DNA of 41,743 nt, taken from positions 1 through 41,743 of IMG/VR virus record IMGVR_UViG_3300017647_000007, one strand, 5' to 3'. The notes below the pieces were generated by a model. That model saw only the letters and a program-made list of their open reading frames with translations. It was not told the DNA's origin and ran no database searches. Positions 8,090 to 13,959 of this stretch are shown here, one piece after another. Both the position numbers and the translations under genes were made by a program. This DNA comes from a virus (taxonomy: Duplodnaviria > Caudoviricetes). Each line of letters starts with the position of its first letter. Position 1 is the first letter of the stretch.

Positions 8090-8717
8090 CGTCGTTCTCA
8101 CATCATTCTTCACCGGCCACATCGACCCGCAGCGCAAGACCGCCCCAGAGCCCGACTCGAGCCTCATCGCCGACCTCTACCAGTCTGTAAAGGGGCGCTT
8201 CGTCCTCTTGCACAACTGTTTCGGGGAATTGCCCTACGAGAACTACCGCGTAGAGGCCCCTCAGATGGCCTACAGGCAGAGGTGGTTGTCGCAATGGCAA
8301 TGGCTGCGCAACCACCCCGAAGTCGAATGGGCGTGGCTGGTGGATGCCACGGACACCGAGATGCTGCGGGAACCCTGGGAGCACATGCGGCCGGGGATTC
8401 TCTACACCGGCTGGGAGCCCGCGAAGGTCGGCATCCCGTGGATTCGGAAGCACTCTTCGAAGGTGCTGGACTGGATCGACAAACACGCCGACGAGCCGTT
8501 GCTCAACTGCGGGGTAGTTGGGGGAGACCGGGACACGGTGATGACGCTGTGTCGTCGCATGACCGATCTGTGGGCCGAAACCGGCGCCGAACCGCTCCAC
8601 GAAATGGCATTTTTCAATATGTCCGCCCGCAAGGCCGAGTACATCACCGGCCCCAGGGTCACGACGACGTTCAAGGCCTTTCAGGACAACGGCCAAGCCT
8701 ATTTTCGCCATAAGTAG
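8073..8717 (+). CDS. Putative glycosyltransferase domain (GT-A-like)
   Basis: WLVDATD (DxD-like), LLNCGVVGG, HEMAFFN, YFRHK; TTG start uncertain. Confidence 0.7.
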   Translation: MSNTANVVLTSFFTGHIDPQRKTAPEPDSSLIADLYQSVKGRFVLLHNCFGELPYENYRVEAPQMAYRQRWLSQWQWLRNHPEVEWAWLVDATDTEMLREPWEHMRPGILYTGWEPAKVGIPWIRKHSSKVLDWIDKHADEPLLNCGVVGGDRDTVMTLCRRMTDLWAETGAEPLHEMAFFNMSARKAEYITGPRVTTTFKAFQDNGQAYFRHK

Positions 8718-8719
8718 CG

Positions 8720-9229
8720 ATGAGCCACTACGCCAAGGTCGAATTCACCGACTCCCTCATAGTGAAAACCTATCTGCCCGAGGGGGCCGATCGCTTCCAT
8801 GCTGAGGTCGCCGCCTACACGGCGGTGCCCTGGGCCGCGCCACGCCTGCTGGACGCCGACGAGAGCCAGCTGCGCCTCGTCATCGAGCGCCACATACCCA
8901 TCCTGTACCTACCGAAAGAAGAGACCGCCCAACTCCGACAACCGCTGTGGGAGTTGGTCACCAGCCTGCACGGGGCAGGCTGGTGGCACAGGGACATCTG
9001 TTTGGTCAACGTCGTCGTGGACCACGGACAGCCCCTGCTGATTGATTTTGAGAACGCCACCCCGGCAGTCGGCCCCGTCGCCTACGACCTTTTCGGAGCC
9101 GTACGGGCGGGAGTGACGTCGGCGTGGGGGCACCCGTATTCCGTGCATTGGTTCAACGACTGCGGACAGTGCCCAGAAAGATACTGGAGAGACATTGGAC
9201 ATCGAGACCCAGGCCGCAGCTTGGACTGA
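8720..9229 (+). CDS. Minimal protein-kinase-like phosphotransferase (Kdo/RIO/APH fold)
   Basis: IVKTY (beta-3 Lys), EVAAY (helix C Glu), HRDICLVN catalytic loop, LIDFE metal loop. Confidence 0.88.
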   Translation: MSHYAKVEFTDSLIVKTYLPEGADRFHAEVAAYTAVPWAAPRLLDADESQLRLVIERHIPILYLPKEETAQLRQPLWELVTSLHGAGWWHRDICLVNVVVDHGQPLLIDFENATPAVGPVAYDLFGAVRAGVTSAWGHPYSVHWFNDCGQCPERYWRDIGHRDPGRSLD

Positions 9230-9803
9230 GATCCGCGAACGATTCACCGGCTGGGTGGAGACACCGAATGGCCCCGGCAGCACGCTGGAAGCCACGCAGA
9301 ACACCCGTAGGGAACTGCCCGCACTCCTTACCCGCCATAACATCCGAAAGCTTCTGGACGCGCCGTGTGGCGACTGGAACTGGCTCTCGAAGACGGTCCT
9401 GCCCAAGGGCCTGTCCTACATCGGTTGGGACATCGACGAGACGTTCATCGCCCGCAACAAAGAGGAGTACGGCAAGCGCGGCCGGAAGTTCGAGAACGCC
9501 AACCTGCTGACCGTGGAAGCCATCCCGGAGGTCGACGCAGTGATGTGCCGGGACTTTTTGATCCACTTGCCCAACGAGAACATCCTCGCGCTCCTGGAGA
9601 AGTTCCGCGCCGGCGCAAAGTACCTGATCGCCACGCACAGCCCGGGCAAGGGCAACGCCCGCCCATGCCCAGAAGAAGGGCACGACGGCCGCCCCGGCTA
9701 CTGGTGCCACCGCACCGACCTGGAAGCTGAACCGTTCGGCCTCACCAAGATTGACGGATTCACCGAGTATCGACACTCCGAACTCGCGTTGTTCGAACTT
9801 TAG
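9195..9803 (+). CDS. Class I SAM-dependent methyltransferase
   Basis: GPGS, LLDAPCGDWNW (motif I), YIGWDID, DAVMCRDFLIHL. Confidence 0.88.
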   Translation: MDIETQAAAWTEIRERFTGWVETPNGPGSTLEATQNTRRELPALLTRHNIRKLLDAPCGDWNWLSKTVLPKGLSYIGWDIDETFIARNKEEYGKRGRKFENANLLTVEAIPEVDAVMCRDFLIHLPNENILALLEKFRAGAKYLIATHSPGKGNARPCPEEGHDGRPGYWCHRTDLEAEPFGLTKIDGFTEYRHSELALFEL

Positions 9804-9814
9804 AAAGACACGAC

Positions 9815-9964
9815 ATGACCTTCGCCATCGGCGCACTCTTCCTCCTGGCCACCGGAACCGTTTTCGGCATGGTGGTTCAGCGCGACGTTGATCTCGCCGA
9901 GATCGCCTCCCTAGAGGCCCAGCTCACGCTCGCCCGCGCCGAGCAGGTAGACCCTCGCCCGTAG
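9815..9964 (+). CDS. Small single-TM protein (49 aa)
   Basis: Own translation MTFAIGALFLLATGTVFGMVVQRDVDLAEIASLEAQLTLARAEQVDPRP; GAAAG upstream. Confidence 0.6.
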   Translation: MTFAIGALFLLATGTVFGMVVQRDVDLAEIASLEAQLTLARAEQVDPRP

Positions 9965-9976
9965 AAAGGCTCTCAA

Positions 9977-10924
9977 TTGACTGTCACAGTCTCTGCGGTG
10001 CTCCGCGACGCCGGGTCGAACCCCGACAACCGGGGTATCCGATTCACCTCGTTCATCCATGAGTCCGTGGACGGCACAGCCATCATCACGTCGAAGGCCG
10101 TCAGCGTCTCTCCGGTTGATGGTGTTGTCTCTGTCGAGCTGGAACCTGGCCCCGCCATGGTGAAGCTCGACGGCAAGTCCTACCAGGTCGTTATCCCTGA
10201 AGAGGATTGCGATCTGTGGGACCTGATCGAGGTCGCCGTCACAATCCCTCCGGAGACCCCGCAGGACACGCTGGCCGCAGCGATCGAGGCATACCTGGAC
10301 GCCTACACCGCGGAGAACCCCTTAACCCAAGGCCCCAAGGGCGAACAAGGCCCGCAAGGCGAGAAGGGTGATCCCGGTGAACAGGGTCCCCAAGGCGAGA
10401 CTGGACCGCAGGGTGAGAAGGGTGATCCCGGTGAACAGGGCCCGCAGGGCGAGAAGGGCGACCCTGGTGAACAGGGTCCCCAAGGCGAGACTGGACCGCA
10501 GGGTGAGAAGGGTGATCCCGGTGAACAGGGCCCGCAGGGCGAGAAGGGCGATCCCGGCGAACAAGGGCCCCAGGGTGAAACCGGCCCCGAGGGGCCCAAA
10601 GGCGATACCGGCGAGCAAGGCCCCGAAGGCAAGTCAGCCTACGAGGTGGCCGTCGATAACGGCTTTGAGGGCGACGAGGAGGCCTGGCTCGCCTCCCTGG
10701 TAGGACCGGAAGGCCCGCAGGGTGAAACTGGCCCACAGGGCGAGCAGGGCCCACAGGGCGAGGCCGGAGAGCAAGGCCCGCAAGGTGAACAGGGCCCGCA
10801 GGGTGAAGAAGGTCCCGCAGGCGCTGATGGGGACTCCCGTGTCGTGATCGTCGCCTCGGAATCGGCCTACAACGCGATCTCGCCGAAAGATCCGACGAAG
10901 TTTTACGTCTGGCCGTCCTCATGA
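9977..10924 (+). CDS. Collagen-like fibre protein
   Basis: Beta-rich N-domain; 34 + 15 G-X-Y triplets split by [19 protein letters not shown]; C-terminal [18 protein letters not shown]. Confidence 0.9.
   Translation: MTVTVSAVLRDAGSNPDNRGIRFTSFIHESVDGTAIITSKAVSVSPVDGVVSVELEPGPAMVKLDGKSYQVVIPEEDCDLWDLIEVAVTIPPETPQDTLAAAIEAYLDAYTAENPLTQGPKGEQGPQGEKGDPGEQGPQGETGPQGEKGDPGEQGPQGEKGDPGEQGPQGETGPQGEKGDPGEQGPQGEKGDPGEQGPQGETGPEGPKGDTGEQGPEGKSAYEVAVDNGFEGDEEAWLASLVGPEGPQGETGPQGEQGPQGEAGEQGPQGEQGPQGEEGPAGADGDSRVVIVASESAYNAISPKDPTKFYVWPSS
10331..10838 (+). repeat. Collagen-coding tandem repeats including a near-exact 90-bp duplication
   Basis: Units starting at 10385 and 10475 both encode [30 protein letters not shown]. 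Confidence 0.9.
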
Positions 10925-11655
10925 GGATCGGCTCAGCAGAATTCGGCGGGGGAGCGATCGGCGACGATCCGCTCGGCGGCATGGCCCTCGGTGACGAGAT
11001 ACTTTGGCCCAACGAGCCGATCCCCGATCCGCCGGTGCATGTGGCATCCGGAACCGTTACTCCGCGCAGCCAAGCCAACGCCGTCCAGGTCCCGATTCCC
11101 ACGTCGGGCGGTATAGCGGCGGGAACTGTAGACGTGGTGTTCATTGCATTCTCCAGCGCCCTCCCGATTATCACCATGCCGTCCGGAATGAACTTCCTCG
11201 GCAAGGTGGAAGGCCATGACGGGGGCGCTCGCAACACCGCCCTGCACGTGTTCTGGCGGAGACCGGTCGCCAGCAGTGGTAACTATTCGTTCACCTTCAA
11301 CGGTACCTACACCCGCAGGGGTCTAGCGTTTCGGTTCACCGGTTGCGCGACCGAGGGAAATCCGTTCGAGGCCAGCCACTTCCCTCCCTATGGCGATTAC
11401 TCCGACGCCCCCGCGACCTCGTTGTCCACCGAGGGTGCCAATAGGCTTTTGCTTTGGGCGGCGATGTCCTGGGATACCAATAACATCAACAGGCCCTCGG
11501 GGACGACCCAGCTCTACATGACTAGCGGTGACTCTCCCAGCTTGACGGTCGCATACAGGGTGCAGGAGACGGCCGGCGCAACGGGGAGTATCACAAGCAG
11601 CACCATCAACGCATCCTCGATCAACGCATGCCTGGCGGCACTGAAACCCGCCTAA
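10921..11655 (+). CDS. Putative fibre-tip / receptor-binding protein
   Basis: N-terminal IG..P.GGMALGDEILWP docking motif, Pro linker, S/T/G-rich beta domain; ATGA-coupled to the collagen gene. Confidence 0.65.
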   Translation: MRIGSAEFGGGAIGDDPLGGMALGDEILWPNEPIPDPPVHVASGTVTPRSQANAVQVPIPTSGGIAAGTVDVVFIAFSSALPIITMPSGMNFLGKVEGHDGGARNTALHVFWRRPVASSGNYSFTFNGTYTRRGLAFRFTGCATEGNPFEASHFPPYGDYSDAPATSLSTEGANRLLLWAAMSWDTNNINRPSGTTQLYMTSGDSPSLTVAYRVQETAGATGSITSSTINASSINACLAALKPA

Positions 11656-11768
11656 ACAAGAAGAGGGCCGGGGAGCCTCAACAACGGATAATAGGTTTGT
11701 ACCACTTCGAGACAAGAAGTCGTATAGCAAGCCAACCGACTCCCCGGCCGACGACATGAAAGAAACGA

Positions 11769-12404
11769 ATGAAGACTTGGATTGTTTGGGCCCATGACGG
11801 CGGCCTGGACTTTGAAGAATGCACCAGCAAAGGGGACGCCTTCCTTACCGCGTACGCAATCGGGGAGGGGGGCTACCGGACTCTCTGCTGTATCGAGCAG
11901 CCGGACGGCACGATCGTCACCGACGACGAGTTCGACGCTTGGGCCGAGGAGCGGCGCGCCACTACAAAAGAATCCCAGCATCCGCCGCGGCCACCGTACG
12001 CCACCATCGCCGTCACCTCACCGCATGGAGAACCCTCCTTCGGGGATGTGTACTACGAGAACTACATGGGGCACTACGAGTACCTGGTGGCACGATTCGG
12101 GCCAGACCGGGTGACCATGAAGGTCCACCCTCGGGTCGAGCTGGTTTGGCGGGGACGCTACAAGCTGGTCGCAAGAGTCGATTACAAGCAGCGCCGGATC
12201 AACGAATCCCGGGAACACTTCGGCAAGCCGATCCTCCAGTCCGACACCACGTACGAGCCGCGGTTCGAATACGACCGCATCTGGACGGATCGCCTCGGCC
12301 AACACCCCTCCGAGATCTTCATGGGTGAACAAATCGACGGAGATCACTGGGAGAGCTGGGGGTCACCCACTAGATCGGTAACCGAGACGGGGGAAAGACA
12401 TTAG
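11769..12404 (+). CDS. Hypothetical protein
   Basis: 211-aa ORF on the coding strand, GAAAG upstream. Confidence 0.65.
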   Translation: MKTWIVWAHDGGLDFEECTSKGDAFLTAYAIGEGGYRTLCCIEQPDGTIVTDDEFDAWAEERRATTKESQHPPRPPYATIAVTSPHGEPSFGDVYYENYMGHYEYLVARFGPDRVTMKVHPRVELVWRGRYKLVARVDYKQRRINESREHFGKPILQSDTTYEPRFEYDRIWTDRLGQHPSEIFMGEQIDGDHWESWGSPTRSVTETGERH

Positions 12405-12426
12405 CGACTTCTACGGCGAACTCAAG

Positions 12427-12618
12427 GTGTTCATCGCCACCCACGACTACTCCGGTCGCAGACTCCCCAAGTCCAGGCACTACCCACTGATCAGCGACGG
12501 CCGATACGGCGAGCTGTACGAAGGCGACGCCAACGGTGCACGCGCACTGGCCGCCGATCTCCTCGCGGCAGCCGACGCGTACGACAGGCTGTCGGCCGAA
12601 CTCCGAGACGCCGAGTAA
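12427..12618 (+). CDS. Hypothetical protein
   Basis: Ends ARALAADLLAAAD, a common actinophage helix; the frame is open back to an ATT at 12400 behind GGGGAAAG. Confidence 0.6.
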   Translation: MFIATHDYSGRRLPKSRHYPLISDGRYGELYEGDANGARALAADLLAAADAYDRLSAELRDAE

Positions 12619-12741
12619 CCCAAGACCCGGGCCTCAACTTGCCAAGGCCCCGAGTCCTGGCGGTGTGAGCGCCACTTCATCGAAGACATCGGCCCCCGGT
12701 GACTAAGAGAGTAAGAGAACTCTGACGAATAAGTCAGACTT

Positions 12742-12942
12742 ATGAAAGATGAGAATTTGAAGAACGACTTAACCGAGCTGGAGATGCTTTGGCTCAGGGA
12801 GATGCACGGCTGGCCCATGCGGCTCATGATCCCCAGTGTGGAACTCCACGGCATGCACCAATGGGCCGTGGGAGACAAGCGCTGGGACGACGAGGTACTC
12901 GCACAATCCGACTGCACCTACTGCCAGGAGGCGCGCGCATGA
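12742..12942 (+). CDS. Hypothetical protein with C-terminal CxxC
   Basis: 66 aa, ATGA-coupled to the next gene. Confidence 0.55.
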   Translation: MKDENLKNDLTELEMLWLREMHGWPMRLMIPSVELHGMHQWAVGDKRWDDEVLAQSDCTYCQEARA

Positions 12943-13181
12943 CACCAGGTGAATGGCTCGACCAGACCACCGTCATCAGCCGCGAGGGCGTCCGCATCGG
13001 TGAACACCAGGTGCCGGGGCTAATCGCCGAGGGCGGGGTTACCGTCCACGCCAACTTCGACGGCTCTGACTACAACCTCGTCACCGTCCAGCTGTTGGTG
13101 GGACGGGTGGAGATAGACGACACCTCCGTGATGCCGGTCAACACGGCCGGGGATCTCACCACGTATGGGACTAAACGATGA
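12939..13181 (+). CDS. Hypothetical protein
   Basis: MTPGEWLDQ.. with GGAGG RBS; C-terminal part of the 12789..13181 ORF. Confidence 0.65.
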   Translation: MTPGEWLDQTTVISREGVRIGEHQVPGLIAEGGVTVHANFDGSDYNLVTVQLLVGRVEIDDTSVMPVNTAGDLTTYGTKR

Positions 13182-13205
13182 GCCCCATGGCTTAAGGAGA
13201 ACCAG

Positions 13206-13355
13206 ATGAAGCACATCACTGAATGGGTGTGCTTCATCTTCCTCGACCATCAGGTACGCCTGGCATACGTCATCGAGATGACCCGCGATGCCGGGAAAAG
13301 CCTGGTCAACAAGGCCCGACACACCGTGGCCTTACACGCAGGTGCCCGTCTGTAA
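13206..13355 (+). CDS. Small hypothetical protein (49 aa)
   Basis: AAGGAG RBS; MKHITEWVCFIFLDHQVRLAYVIEMTRDAGKSLVNKARHTVALHAGARL. Confidence 0.55.
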   Translation: MKHITEWVCFIFLDHQVRLAYVIEMTRDAGKSLVNKARHTVALHAGARL

Positions 13356-13512
13356 GGGTGTCGAACGCATAAGCCCCTGACCTGCGGATACCCCGGGGTC
13401 ATGCCCCCCACCTGCGGTTTTGCCGCCGCGGCCGCCCTAGGGCCCGACAGCCAATATGAGTTTCAAACCTTTTGGCGGTTTTTGATTCTTGATTCTTGAA
13501 TAGAGGTGATTG

Positions 13513-13959
13513 ATGGCTGCCCGCGGTACGAAGCCCACGGCGGGACCGAAACGGTTCACCGGCCAGGCAATGACCGAATGGACCGATGTGGAGAATGTCC
13601 CTTTCGAGGACGCTCCCGAATTGCCGCCCCGCGCCCCGCAAGAAGTCCTTATGGACAACGAGCGTCTGATGGTTGCGCGGGAATGGCCCAAAGAAGCTTT
13701 GCGCAAATGGCGCGCCTGGTCCCGGATGCCTCACTGCAAATTGTGGGGAGAGACCGATTGGGAATTCGCTTTCGACTGCCTGGAGGTGGCGGCGAAATTC
13801 CTGGAGACCTCCGGCGTTGGCCTCGCCACGGAATTGCGCAACCGAGAAAAGCTCCTCGGCACGACGGCTGAGTATCGCCGCGATCTGCGCATCCGCTATG
13901 TCGAGCCAGAGCAGAAAGCGAAGCTGACGGTTGTCCGAGACGACTTCAACGATCTCTGA
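13513..13959 (+). CDS. terS: Terminase small subunit
   Basis: Directly before TerL; W.AW..MPH..LW.ETDW.FA..ELRNREKLLGTT.E.RRDLRIRY; GAGG RBS. Confidence 0.88.
   Translation: MAARGTKPTAGPKRFTGQAMTEWTDVENVPFEDAPELPPRAPQEVLMDNERLMVAREWPKEALRKWRAWSRMPHCKLWGETDWEFAFDCLEVAAKFLETSGVGLATELRNREKLLGTTAEYRRDLRIRYVEPEQKAKLTVVRDDFNDL

Noticed and set aside
6683-8167. Long reverse-strand ORFs (494 aa here; also 16543-17820, 26775-27986, 33686-34963)
   Set aside because: Antisense shadows of well-supported GC-rich genes, with no motifs
9195-9803. Restriction-modification DNA methyltransferase
   Set aside because: No DPPY/NPPY motif; the PC lies within SAM-binding motif I, not a C5 catalytic motif; the context is glycosyltransferases
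10331-10838. CRISPR-like or DGR-like repeat array
   Set aside because: Repeats are in-frame collagen codons without unique spacers; no cas or reverse transcriptase gene is present
12722-12760. Hammerhead-like core CTGACGA-ATAAGTCAGACTTAT-GAAA
   Set aside because: Stem II forms, but no stem I partner was found and the would-be cleavage triplet is UUG rather than NUH; the GAAA is simply ATG AAA of the next gene
13360-13375. LexA SOS box (TCGAAC half site; similar at 1465)
   Set aside because: The second half does not match GTTCGA
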